The notes below the pieces were generated by a model, which worked only from the letters and a program-made list of their open reading frames with translations, made no database searches and was not told where the DNA came from. The position numbers were made by a program, and so were the translations under genes. Positions 34,788-42,867 of a stretch of DNA of 51,468 bases are shown piece after piece; within the stretch, counting starts at the first letter, position 1; every line of letters begins with the position of its first letter. Source of the DNA: a bacterium (GTDB taxonomy: Bacteria; Patescibacteriota; Minisyncoccia; Minisyncoccales; RBG-13-42-11); NCBI GenBank assembly GCA_030646565.1, contig JAUSLA010000015.1, positions 1 to 51,468 of the forward strand, read 5' to 3'.

Positions 34788-35072
34788 ATGTTCCAAGTTC
34801 TTTTTAGTTCTCGAGCAGAAAGAGAATTTGATAAATTATCCGCAGCATTAAAACAAGAATTTTATATTGAATTTAAAAAACTTTCAGAAAATCCGTTTTT
34901 ACATCCGCAAGTTAGAAAAATCGAAGGAACTAAATTTGGCTATCGCCTTCGTCTCGGACGCTGGCGAATTTTATTTGCCTTCTTTCAAAAAGAAAAAAGA
35001 ATTGAAATTGTTGATATATTTTTGAAAAAAGGTAGGGGAGATTATCGTAAAAGAAAACATCTTTTAGGTTAA
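34788..35072 (+). CDS. RelE/ParE-family type II toxin
   Basis: The 94-aa protein has FKKLSENPF...KIEGTKFGYRLRLGRWRILF...IEIVDI, the typical RelE/StbE pattern. Confidence 0.75.
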   Translation: MFQVLFSSRAEREFDKLSAALKQEFYIEFKKLSENPFLHPQVRKIEGTKFGYRLRLGRWRILFAFFQKEKRIEIVDIFLKKGRGDYRKRKHLLG

Positions 35073-35076
35073 ATCC

Positions 35077-35158
35077 CTGCGACCGTGACACAATGAAACA
35101 GGAAAGAATAAAGACTGGTGAATTAATAAAAAACCTCGGGCTTTGTTTAAAAAATTAA
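35077..35158 (+). pseudogene. Displaced duplicate of the glyQS 3' end
   Basis: CTGCGACCGTGACACAATGAAACAGGAAAGAATAAAGACTGGTGAATTAATAAAAAAC... aligns to glyQS 34455-34520. The peptides compare as RDTMKQERIKTGELIK versus RDTMKQERVKVEELVK. Confidence 0.65.
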
Positions 35159-35291
35159 ACAGTTGCCAGTATTTGTACAAGCCCTTTAGGGCTTGATTTT
35201 TTATGGAAGGATGATATAATCCGGGCAGAATAAAAGTGCTGATTTATCGGTCGCCTGACCTTAATGGCAGGCAAAAAAGGAGGAAGCGAAA

Positions 35292-35639
35292 ATGCCATTG
35301 GTTGTCGTGAACAAGAACCCCGAGAAGATTGATTGCGGATTACTGGAAAGGCTTGTTGATCGTCTACCAGGATTGGTAGCCAGTGCCTTAACTTGCGAGC
35401 ATCCTGACGGAGGATTAGAAGCTCAAGATGTTGAAGTCTGGGTGCAGGATTTTGGCCCCAATGATATAAATACAACAGACGTAGAAATTATAATTTGGGC
35501 TAATCTGTATCCGGAGAGGCAGGCGAATCTCGATGATAGGCGAGAGAAAATCTGCAAAGGGGTTCGGTTAATATTGCCAAAAATGATTAAGGGTTTTGTG
35601 TGGGTTATTTTGAATCCGGGTTCGTTTGGAGAATTCTAA
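35292..35639 (+). CDS. Hypothetical protein, visibly GC-richer than its neighbours
   Basis: A strong SD (AAAGGAGGAAGCGAAAATG) precedes the gene and the protein starts MPLVVV. The antisense track ORF 35155..35475 has no comparable support. Confidence 0.5.
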   Translation: MPLVVVNKNPEKIDCGLLERLVDRLPGLVASALTCEHPDGGLEAQDVEVWVQDFGPNDINTTDVEIIIWANLYPERQANLDDRREKICKGVRLILPKMIKGFVWVILNPGSFGEF

Positions 35640-35757
35640 GTTCTTTTCCGCAAGTTTGCGAGAGTATAGGGAGTGGGGCAAAAAGGGTTTATACCCTTTG
35701 AGCTTCACCCCCCATTTTTATTTCTTTAATTTATGAAAAATTTCTGCTATAATTAAA

Positions 35758-37026
35758 TTGCTTATGTTCAAGAAAATTACTTTAAAAAATGGCTTGCGGA
35801 TTATTGTTGTTCCTCAAAAAAGCACCCAAGCAGTAACGGTTTTAGTTTTGGTCGGGACTGGCTCTAAATATGAAACAAAAGAGATAAGCGGCATTTCCCA
35901 TTTTTTAGAGCATATGTTTTTCAAGGGGACAAAAAAGAGGCCGGACAACGTAGAAATTGCCGAGACATTAGATAAGGTGGGCGGAATTTACAATGCTTTT
36001 ACAGGTGAAGATTATACCGGATATTTTGCCAAGGTGGCAGCTTCCAATTTTGATTTGGCTCTGGATTGGGTTTCTGATATTTTTTTGAACTCCAATTTGC
36101 CGGGAAAAGAAATAGAGAAAGAGAAAGGAGTGATTATCGAAGAGATTAATATGCTATATGACAATCCTATGGCTTATGTCGGGCTTTTATGGAACAAACT
36201 CTTGTATGGCGATCAGCCGGCCGGTTGGGATATTGCCGGCGCAAAAGAAACGGTTTCTGCAATAAACCGCCAAAAGCTGCTGGATTATTTTAATAATCAT
36301 TATATCTCTTCAAACACCATTGTTTGTTTAGCCGGAAATTTCAAGGAACAGCAAGCCATTGAAAAGACAAAGAGATATTTTTCTTCTATGCGAATAAGCA
36401 ACCCCGCGGTTAAGCAAAAAGTTATTGATGCTCAAGAGCAACCCAAATCATTAGTTCATTATAAAGAGACAGACCAAACGCATCTTCGTTTGGGAGTGAG
36501 GGGCTTTAATCTTTTTCACCCCAAAAGATATGTTCAGGATATCTTGGGGAACGTTTTAGGGGGGATGATGAGTTCCCGTTTGTTTATTGAGATTAGGGAA
36601 AAATTAGGACTGGCTTATTATATTAAAACAGAAATTGAATCCAATCCCGACACGGGTTTTTTGGTAACTGCGGCCGGTGTTGACAGCAAGAGAATAGAAA
36701 AAGCGATTTCGGTCATTTTGAAAGAATATAAAAAAATATCGGAGGAAAAAGTAAGTCCCTCCGAACTGAAAAAAACAAAAAACAATCTCAAAGGAAGGCT
36801 TTCTTTGTCGATGGAGTCATCCGACGCCCAGGCCTCTTTTTACGGCATTCAAGAGCTTTTAGAGAAAAAAGTTATGACCCCTGCGGAGTTTTTTAAAGAA
36901 ATTGATAAAGTTAGCGCAAATGATATGTTAAAAGTGGCAAAAGATATTTTCCAGCCAAAAAATCTCAATTTAGTTTTAGTGGGTCCATTCAAAGACAATA
37001 CCAGATTTGAAAAATTATTGGCGTAA
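35758..37026 (+). CDS. M16 family (insulinase/pitrilysin-like) zinc peptidase
   Basis: The protein has the inverted zinc motif HFLEHMFFKGT. An alternative ATG start is at 35764. Confidence 0.8.
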   Translation: MLMFKKITLKNGLRIIVVPQKSTQAVTVLVLVGTGSKYETKEISGISHFLEHMFFKGTKKRPDNVEIAETLDKVGGIYNAFTGEDYTGYFAKVAASNFDLALDWVSDIFLNSNLPGKEIEKEKGVIIEEINMLYDNPMAYVGLLWNKLLYGDQPAGWDIAGAKETVSAINRQKLLDYFNNHYISSNTIVCLAGNFKEQQAIEKTKRYFSSMRISNPAVKQKVIDAQEQPKSLVHYKETDQTHLRLGVRGFNLFHPKRYVQDILGNVLGGMMSSRLFIEIREKLGLAYYIKTEIESNPDTGFLVTAAGVDSKRIEKAISVILKEYKKISEEKVSPSELKKTKNNLKGRLSLSMESSDAQASFYGIQELLEKKVMTPAEFFKEIDKVSANDMLKVAKDIFQPKNLNLVLVGPFKDNTRFEKLLA

Positions 37027-37030
37027 CGGT

Positions 37031-37084
37031 CAAAGAGGACTTTGTCCTCTTTTCCACCTTCGTCCCGTAAAACGGGACTCGGTT
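37031..37084 (-). repeat. Family A element filling the M16-perM spacer
   Basis: The sequence is CAAAGAGGACTTTGTCCTCTTTTCCACCTTCGTCCCGTAAAACGGGACTCGGTT. Confidence 0.85.
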
Positions 37085-37085
37085 T

Positions 37086-38120
37086 ATGGGTGATGAAAAA
37101 GTTTTAGATATTTCTTGGGGAACAATTTTAAAATTATCTACTGCCATTATTTGTTTTTACATTCTTTTTTTAATCAAGGATATTTTAATTTGGTTTATTT
37201 TTGCGATAATAATTTCAATTTTATTCAATCCGGCAATTGATTTCCTAGAAAAAAGAAAAATCCCGCGAGTAATAAGCGTAGTGTTAATTTACTCTATTTT
37301 TTTGGGGATTTTAAGCGCTTTTTTGTATCTGACAGTCATTCTTTTCCTGAAAGAAATTCAGCAGTTCTCTCAGTTTTTGCCTCAATATTGGGGGAAATTA
37401 TCCCCGGTTTTAAGAAGTTTGGGGCTGCCAATTTTTGAGAGCACCGAGAATTTTTTTCAAACCTTAGGCGGGAATTTGGAAAAAATAAGCCGCAGCTTGA
37501 CCGGCATTATGTTTTCGGTTTTTGGGGGGATATTATCAACCATCTTGACCATCACTATGGCTATTTTTATTTCTTTAGAGCGAAAACCGATTGAAAAATT
37601 AATTGACCTCATTTTTTCTAAAAATTACGAGGCATACGCTCTTTCTCTTTGGGGAAGATGTCAAGAGAGAGTAAGTGGTTGGTTTTTAATGAGAATCATC
37701 GCCTGTTTATTTGTCGGAGCGCTTTCCTACTTTGCCTTTTTGCTTTTTGACGTAAAGTACTCTTTTTCTTTGGGATTAATTGCCGGCATTCTTAATTTTA
37801 TCCCTGTGGTAGGTCCCCTAGCCGCCGGCATCTTAATATTTACAGTTGCTTTGTTTGATTCTTTTGCGAAGGCAGTGTTTGTTTTAATTGCTTTTGTTTT
37901 AATCCAGCAGGTAGAAAATAATGTTTTAACGCCGATTCTTTCCAAAAGATTTCTTGGACTGTCCCCGGTTTTAGTTCTTGCTTCTTTGGCTATCGGAGGC
38001 GCGCTTTTAGGCATTATGGGAGCTGTTTTAGCTGTGCCTTTGGCCGGAATTTTGTTTGAATTTATTAAAGAATTTTTGCACAAAAGAAAAACAGGAAAAG
38101 AAAAAGCCGTAGTCTTATAA
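37086..38120 (+). CDS. AI-2E family transporter (PerM/UPF0118)
   Basis: The protein is polytopic and carries the QQVENNVLTPIL signature region. Confidence 0.75.
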   Translation: MGDEKVLDISWGTILKLSTAIICFYILFLIKDILIWFIFAIIISILFNPAIDFLEKRKIPRVISVVLIYSIFLGILSAFLYLTVILFLKEIQQFSQFLPQYWGKLSPVLRSLGLPIFESTENFFQTLGGNLEKISRSLTGIMFSVFGGILSTILTITMAIFISLERKPIEKLIDLIFSKNYEAYALSLWGRCQERVSGWFLMRIIACLFVGALSYFAFLLFDVKYSFSLGLIAGILNFIPVVGPLAAGILIFTVALFDSFAKAVFVLIAFVLIQQVENNVLTPILSKRFLGLSPVLVLASLAIGGALLGIMGAVLAVPLAGILFEFIKEFLHKRKTGKEKAVVL

Positions 38121-38176
38121 AAATTTCTAATTTTTAATTTCTAAAATTTGGTCATTGGAAATAGGAAATTAAATAC

Positions 38177-38851
38177 ATGGCTATTTTATACATAGTGGCA
38201 ACTCCCATAGGCAACCTCAAGGATATTAGCTTTCGAGCATTGGAGACACTGAGGGGGGTTGATTTAATTTTATGCGAGGATACGAGAGTAACAAAAAAAT
38301 TACTGGATTATTATAAGATTAACGTTCCCACCTTAAGCTGTCATCAACATTCCGAACTAAAAAAAGTTGAATATATTATTCAGCTTTTAAAAAGGGGGAA
38401 AAATTTAGCATTAGTTTCCGATGCCGGCACTCCCGGCATTTCAGACCCCGGCAATAAATTAATCAACATAATCGCTGCGAGGCCCGGCCTCCCAATAAAC
38501 ATTGTGCCTATTCCCGGGCCTTGCGCGATAACGGCCGCGGCTTCGGTTTCTGGTTTTCCGACGGACAGGTTTCTGTTTTTGGGTTTTCCGCCCGTCAAAA
38601 ATAAAAGGAAAAAGTTTTTTAAAGAAGCTGCCAGCTCAAAATATACGGTGATTTTTTATGAATCTCCCCATAGAATAATCAAAACATTAAAGGAGATTGG
38701 GTTTTTTGCAAGAGAGCGGGAGATTGCGGTTTGCCGGGAATTAACAAAAAAATTTGAAACGATTTACAGAGGAAGCGTTGAAAAAGTTATCCAAGACATA
38801 GAAAAAGATGAAATTAGGGGAGAGTTCGTCGTTATTTTAGGAGAAAAATAA
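38177..38851 (+). CDS. rsmI: 16S rRNA (cytidine1402-2'-O)-methyltransferase
   Basis: The protein has LYIVATPIGNLKDISFRALETL, ILCEDTR, SDAGTPGISDPG and FYESPHR. Confidence 0.9.
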   Translation: MAILYIVATPIGNLKDISFRALETLRGVDLILCEDTRVTKKLLDYYKINVPTLSCHQHSELKKVEYIIQLLKRGKNLALVSDAGTPGISDPGNKLINIIAARPGLPINIVPIPGPCAITAAASVSGFPTDRFLFLGFPPVKNKRKKFFKEAASSKYTVIFYESPHRIIKTLKEIGFFAREREIAVCRELTKKFETIYRGSVEKVIQDIEKDEIRGEFVVILGEK

Positions 38852-39284
38852 TAGTGACTGCAATAGTGAGGGCTTGGCTGATAATTTTCCAGAAGAGGGG
38901 AATTTTTTTATTTCTGAAAGAATGCGTTTTTATATGGTGAAATGCGCGATGGATTTTAAGCAGTTTGTTTTCCGGGAATACAAATGCCAGAAAAGCCAAG
39001 CCATCCGGCAAAATCGCGGTAATGCCGGCCAAAAGAGCAATTAAAGGGTTTTTAGCCAAAACAAGAATCAATAAAACGCCGGAGGAAAAATCAAGAAAAA
39101 TTTTGAAGAAATCAAAAAAGGAGTGGCGCCATTTTCCCTCCCCAATGTTTTTTATGGAATATTCTGAATGGGGCAAGAAATCCAAAAGATAATGCGAAAA
39201 CAAAGCCAAAAAAATGGCTATGGGGACAGATTTTATTTCCTCGGCAATGGCGGCTCCCACCAGTAAATGAGAAACGAGAATCAT
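38832..39284 (-). CDS. Membrane-bound metal-dependent hydrolase-like protein (YdjM/DUF457-like)
   Basis: The protein starts MILVSHLLVGAA, contains HYLLDFLPH and has several transmembrane helices. I placed the start at ATG 39284. The longer track N-terminus (MKKRTQFSSPS) is repeat-encoded. Confidence 0.55.
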   Translation of the reverse strand: MILVSHLLVGAAIAEEIKSVPIAIFLALFSHYLLDFLPHSEYSIKNIGEGKWRHSFFDFFKIFLDFSSGVLLILVLAKNPLIALLAGITAILPDGLAFLAFVFPENKLLKIHRAFHHIKTHSFRNKKIPLFWKIISQALTIAVTIIFLLK

Positions 39285-39286
39285 AG

Positions 39287-39343
39287 AGGGCGAAGAGAAC
39301 TGCGTTCTCTTCTTCACCTTCGTCCCGCCTTGCGAGACTCGGT
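39287..39343 (-). repeat. Family A element
   Basis: The sequence is AGGGCGAAGAGAACTGCGTTCTCTTCTTCACCTTCGTCCCGCCTTGCGAGACTCGGT. Confidence 0.85.
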
Positions 39344-39398
39344 AAATTAAGGTAAATTATGATAAAGTGAAAATGTATTTTCCATTATACCACACACT

Positions 39399-40907
39399 AT
39401 GAAAAATAAATTTTATATTACAACCACTCTTCCTTATGTAAACGCAGAGCCCCATATCGGTTTTTCTTTAGAAATTGTTCAGGCCGATGTTATTGCCAGA
39501 TATCAGAGGGCTTTGGGCAAAGATGTTTTTTTTAACACCGGAACCGACGAACACGGGCTGAAAATTTACCGCAAAGCATTAGAAGAAAATAAAAACCCCC
39601 AAGATTACGTTGACGAATACGCCGCAAAATACGAGTGCCTCAAAAGGGCTTTGAATTTAAGCTACACCAATTTTATCCGCACCACCGACGCCCATCACGT
39701 TTTAGCTGCCCAGAAATTTTGGATACGTTGTCTGAAAAACGGAGATATCTATAAAAAAAACTATAAAATCAAATACTGCGTTGGCTGCGAACTGGAAAAA
39801 ACCGATTCAGAATTAGCAAAGGGAAAATGTCCCATTCATCCTAATCTGTCCTTAGAGCAAATAGAGGAGGAGAATTATTTTTTTAGATTTTCCAAATACC
39901 GACAGCCACTCCTTGATTTTTACAAGAAATACCCTGACTTTGTAATACCGGTGTCCAGATTTGCTGAAGTGAAAAGTTTTATTAGACAAGGGCTTCGGGA
40001 TTTTAGCGTTTCGCGACTTAAAGAAAAAATGCCTTGGGGTGTTCCGGTTCCAGGAGACGATTCTCAAGTTTTTTTTGTTTGGTTTGACGCTTTGATCAAT
40101 TATATTTCCGCTTTGGGTTGGCCCGAGCAAAAGAAGAATTTTCGGGCATATTGGGGAAATAAAAGAAACCCTAACGCCCTTCAAGTTGCCGGTAAAGACA
40201 ATTTGCGCCAGCAATCAGCTATATGGCAAGCCATGCTTATGTCTGCCGGCCTTCCTAATTCAAGGAAAATTATTATACACGGATTTATTACCGTTGCCGG
40301 CCAGAAAATGTCCAAAAGTTTGGGAAATGTGGTTTCTCCCTTTGAATTGGTCAAAAAATACGGGACTGACCCTGTAAGATATTTTCTTTTGCGGGAAATT
40401 CCACCGACCGAGGACGGCGATTTTACCTATGAGAAGTTTGAATCAAGATATAATTCTGATTTGGCCAATGGATTAGGAAATTTGGCGGCGAGAGTAATAA
40501 CGCTTGCAAAAATTTCTAATACCGAGCTTCCACTTGTGGAAGCGAAGGTGAAGAAGAGAACGGAGTTCTCTTCGCCTTTCAAATTTCTAATTTCCAAACA
40601 AATCCAAAATCCAAAATTCAAAACAACAATAAACAAAACTTGGGGAAAATATCACAAGGCTTTAGGCGAATTTAAGTTTAATGAGGCGTTAGTTGCAGTT
40701 TGGAATTTAATTGGTTTTTGCGACCGTTACATTGAAAAAGAAAAACCATGGGAAAAAAGCCAAAAACAAAAAGAAGTTATTGGCGATTTATTATTAGCTA
40801 TTAATGAAATAGCGAAACTTTTAGAGCCATTTTTGCCCGAGACATCAGAAAAAATCTTTCAGCAATTAAAAAATAAAAAAAGCAAATCTCTCTTTCCCAG
40901 AATCTAA
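39399..40907 (+). CDS. metG: Methionine--tRNA ligase
   Basis: The protein has TTLPYVNAEPHIGF (HIGH region) and KMSKSLGN. It carries one in-frame family A insertion. Confidence 0.9.
   Translation: MKNKFYITTTLPYVNAEPHIGFSLEIVQADVIARYQRALGKDVFFNTGTDEHGLKIYRKALEENKNPQDYVDEYAAKYECLKRALNLSYTNFIRTTDAHHVLAAQKFWIRCLKNGDIYKKNYKIKYCVGCELEKTDSELAKGKCPIHPNLSLEQIEEENYFFRFSKYRQPLLDFYKKYPDFVIPVSRFAEVKSFIRQGLRDFSVSRLKEKMPWGVPVPGDDSQVFFVWFDALINYISALGWPEQKKNFRAYWGNKRNPNALQVAGKDNLRQQSAIWQAMLMSAGLPNSRKIIIHGFITVAGQKMSKSLGNVVSPFELVKKYGTDPVRYFLLREIPPTEDGDFTYEKFESRYNSDLANGLGNLAARVITLAKISNTELPLVEAKVKKRTEFSSPFKFLISKQIQNPKFKTTINKTWGKYHKALGEFKFNEALVAVWNLIGFCDRYIEKEKPWEKSQKQKEVIGDLLLAINEIAKLLEPFLPETSEKIFQQLKNKKSKSLFPRI
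40521..40577 (+). repeat. Family A element in frame in metG (19 codons)
   Basis: ACCGAGCTTCCACTTGTGGAAGCGAAGGTGAAGAAGAGAACGGAGTTCTCTTCGCCT is translated as TELPLVEAKVKKRTEFSSP. Confidence 0.85.
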
Positions 40908-40910
40908 AAT

Positions 40911-41840
40911 ATGTTTACAGCTTTTGTCATTATTGTTGGGTTGGTGATTTTTGAGATAATCAGCAGCATTGATAACGCTATTATTAACGCTCATATTCTA
41001 AAAACAATGAGCGTTAAATGGCGGAAAATTTTTCTCTTCTGGGGTATTTTTACCGCGGTTTTTCTCGTCAGGGGCCTTCTTCCTTTAGCAATTGTTTGGC
41101 TGTCGGTTCCTGAAATTGGTTTTTGGGGAGTATTCCAATCAATGTTTAAGAGTTCGCCGGAAATTGCCCAGACAATAGAAGCAAGAAAGGGCATAATTTT
41201 GATTGGAGCCGGCGTTTTTCTTTTATTGATTTATCTTCATTGGCTATTTTTGGAAAAAAAAGACCCATTTTTTGTTTCTGACAAGTTAATAAAGCCGAAT
41301 TATGGGGTCTGGTTTTTTGCTTTTGCCGCCATAATTTTAGTCTCCCTTTTGTATCTGGCAAGAAATTCTTACCAACTAATGTTATCTGCCGCTATAGGTT
41401 ATGCCGTGTTTTTTATTATGTATGGTTTTCGCGAGCAAGCGGCCAAAGAAGAGGCAAGACTGGAGGGTGGCCAGTCACATTTGAGTAATTTTTCAAAATT
41501 AATGTTTCTTGAAGTATTGGACACTTCTTTCAGTTTTGACGGAGTCATTGGCGCTTTTGCTTTTACCACTGCAATCCCTTTAATTTTTTTGGGAAACGGA
41601 ATAGGAGCTTTGGTTGTAAGACAATTGACTATCAGCGGCATAGAGCGGGTGGAAAAATACAAATGGCTGAAAAACGGGGCAATGACTTCAATAGGAATTT
41701 TAGGCGTTTTTATTATTGCCAAAAGTTTCGGCGTCCATATTCCAGAATACTTGCCCACCTTAACGACTATCGGGCTTGTAGGTTTAACCTTTTGGAGGTC
41801 TCATCAACTTTTAAAAAAGAATAACCAAGGTGCTAATTGA
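40911..41840 (+). CDS. Integral membrane protein (DUF475/TerC-like)
   Basis: The protein is polytopic and contains SSIDNAIINA. Confidence 0.55.
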   Translation: MFTAFVIIVGLVIFEIISSIDNAIINAHILKTMSVKWRKIFLFWGIFTAVFLVRGLLPLAIVWLSVPEIGFWGVFQSMFKSSPEIAQTIEARKGIILIGAGVFLLLIYLHWLFLEKKDPFFVSDKLIKPNYGVWFFAFAAIILVSLLYLARNSYQLMLSAAIGYAVFFIMYGFREQAAKEEARLEGGQSHLSNFSKLMFLEVLDTSFSFDGVIGAFAFTTAIPLIFLGNGIGALVVRQLTISGIERVEKYKWLKNGAMTSIGILGVFIIAKSFGVHIPEYLPTLTTIGLVGLTFWRSHQLLKKNNQGAN

Positions 41841-41916
41841 CACCCATTCCCATTTGAACCCCGAAGGAGAAAACTTCGTTTTCCCTACGGGGCAAGTTTC
41901 AACGCTTTTATGTTAA
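41830..41916 (+). other. 28-codon upstream ORF: a duplicated tatD N-terminus interrupted by a family B element
   Basis: The GTG start overlaps the upstream gene's stop. The ORF encodes VLIDTHSHLN, then element-derived codons, and its stop TAA (41914-41916) overlaps codons 2-3 of tatD. Confidence 0.55.
41859..41896 (+). repeat. Family B hairpin element (38 nt)
   Basis: The sequence is CCCCGAAGGAGAAAACTTCGTTTTCCCTACGGGGCAAG. Confidence 0.75.
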
Positions 41917-42818
41917 TTGACACTCACTCGCATTTAAATTTCAACGCCTACAAAAATGATGCAGATGAAGTGATAAAAAGAGCACTAGACAATGATATCT
42001 GGATGCTCAATGTCGGCTCGCAATTTTCCACCTCAAAAAGGGCGGTTGAAATAGCCGAAAAATATCCAAAAGGAGTGTATGCCGCCGTCGGCCTTCACCC
42101 AATACATTTAACTGAAGGAATTTTTAAAACAAAAATTGATACAGAAGAAATTGAATTTAAAAAAGCTGAAGAAGATTTTTATTACGAAAAATATAAAGAA
42201 TTAGCCCGATCTAAAAAAGTTGTCGCTATCGGCGAGGTTGGTTTAGATTATTATTATCGGCCAAAAACAAAAACAAAACTTGAACAGTTCAAAAACAAAC
42301 AAAAAGAAGCGCTTTTGGCGCAGTTGGCTTTAGCCAAAGAGCTGAATTTGCCAGTAATTTTCCATTGCCGTTCAGCACATAAGGATTTGATAGAAATCCT
42401 CAACTATAAAACAAGAACTACAAACTATAAACCGAATGGAGTAGTTCATTGTTTTACCGGAAATTTGGAAGAGGCAAAACAATATCTGGAATTGGGGCTT
42501 TATCTTGGTTTGAACGGGATAATTTTTAAGCTGGAGGTCGCTGAGACTTCGTCTCATCTCTCATCTCGTGCGGCTTCGCCGCACTCGGTTTTAGACGAAG
42601 TTATCAAAAATATTCCTTTAAATAGAATTTTAGTTGAAACAGATTGCCCCTATTTGACGCCGCCACCTTTTGAAGGACGAAATGAACCTTTGTATATTAA
42701 ATCAGTTGTCCAGCGAATAGCTGAAATTAAAAATATGAACTACGAGGAAATAGCTAAAATTACTACTGAAAATGCCAAAAAATTATTTACCGAGTTCCGT
42801 GAAGCGGAACGAAGGTGA
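41910..42818 (+). CDS. tatD: TatD family metal-dependent hydrolase
   Basis: The protein has MLIDTHSHLNF, GEVGLDYY, FHCR, HCFTG and VETDCPYLTP. It contains one internal family A insert, and a second copy supplies the last 9 codons and the stop. Confidence 0.9.
   Translation: MLIDTHSHLNFNAYKNDADEVIKRALDNDIWMLNVGSQFSTSKRAVEIAEKYPKGVYAAVGLHPIHLTEGIFKTKIDTEEIEFKKAEEDFYYEKYKELARSKKVVAIGEVGLDYYYRPKTKTKLEQFKNKQKEALLAQLALAKELNLPVIFHCRSAHKDLIEILNYKTRTTNYKPNGVVHCFTGNLEEAKQYLELGLYLGLNGIIFKLEVAETSSHLSSRAASPHSVLDEVIKNIPLNRILVETDCPYLTPPPFEGRNEPLYIKSVVQRIAEIKNMNYEEIAKITTENAKKLFTEFREAERR
42534..42590 (-). repeat. Family A element in frame in tatD (19 codons)
   Basis: GAGGTCGCTGAGACTTCGTCTCATCTCTCATCTCGTGCGGCTTCGCCGCACTCGGTT is translated as EVAETSSHLSSRAASPHSV. 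Confidence 0.8.
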
Positions 42819-42844
42819 AGAAGAGGACGCAGTCCTCTTCGCCT
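42789..42844 (+). repeat. Family A element (near-consensus) spanning the tatD stop
   Basis: The sequence is ACCGAGTTCCGTGAAGCGGAACGAAGGTGAAGAAGAGGACGCAGTCCTCTTCGCCT. The stop TGA at 42816-42818 lies in the linker. Confidence 0.9.
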
Positions 42845-42867
42845 TTCAAAAATTTAAATCAAAATTT

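Noticed and set aside
35155-35475. The minus-strand ORF of 106 aa could be a gene.
   Set aside because: It is antisense to the plus-strand ORF 35292..35639, which has a strong Shine-Dalgarno sequence and a sensible start. The minus ORF also runs across the glyQS 3' remnant and has no ribosome-binding site.
40510-40591. The direct repeat AAATTTCTAAT on both sides of the metG element could be a target-site duplication.
   Set aside because: The start-to-start distance is 71 nt. An insertion of that size, including the duplication, would shift the frame of an essential gene, yet the frame is intact. The repeat is also AT-rich low-complexity sequence, and similar AATTTCTAA strings occur at 38121-38150. 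Chance cannot be excluded.
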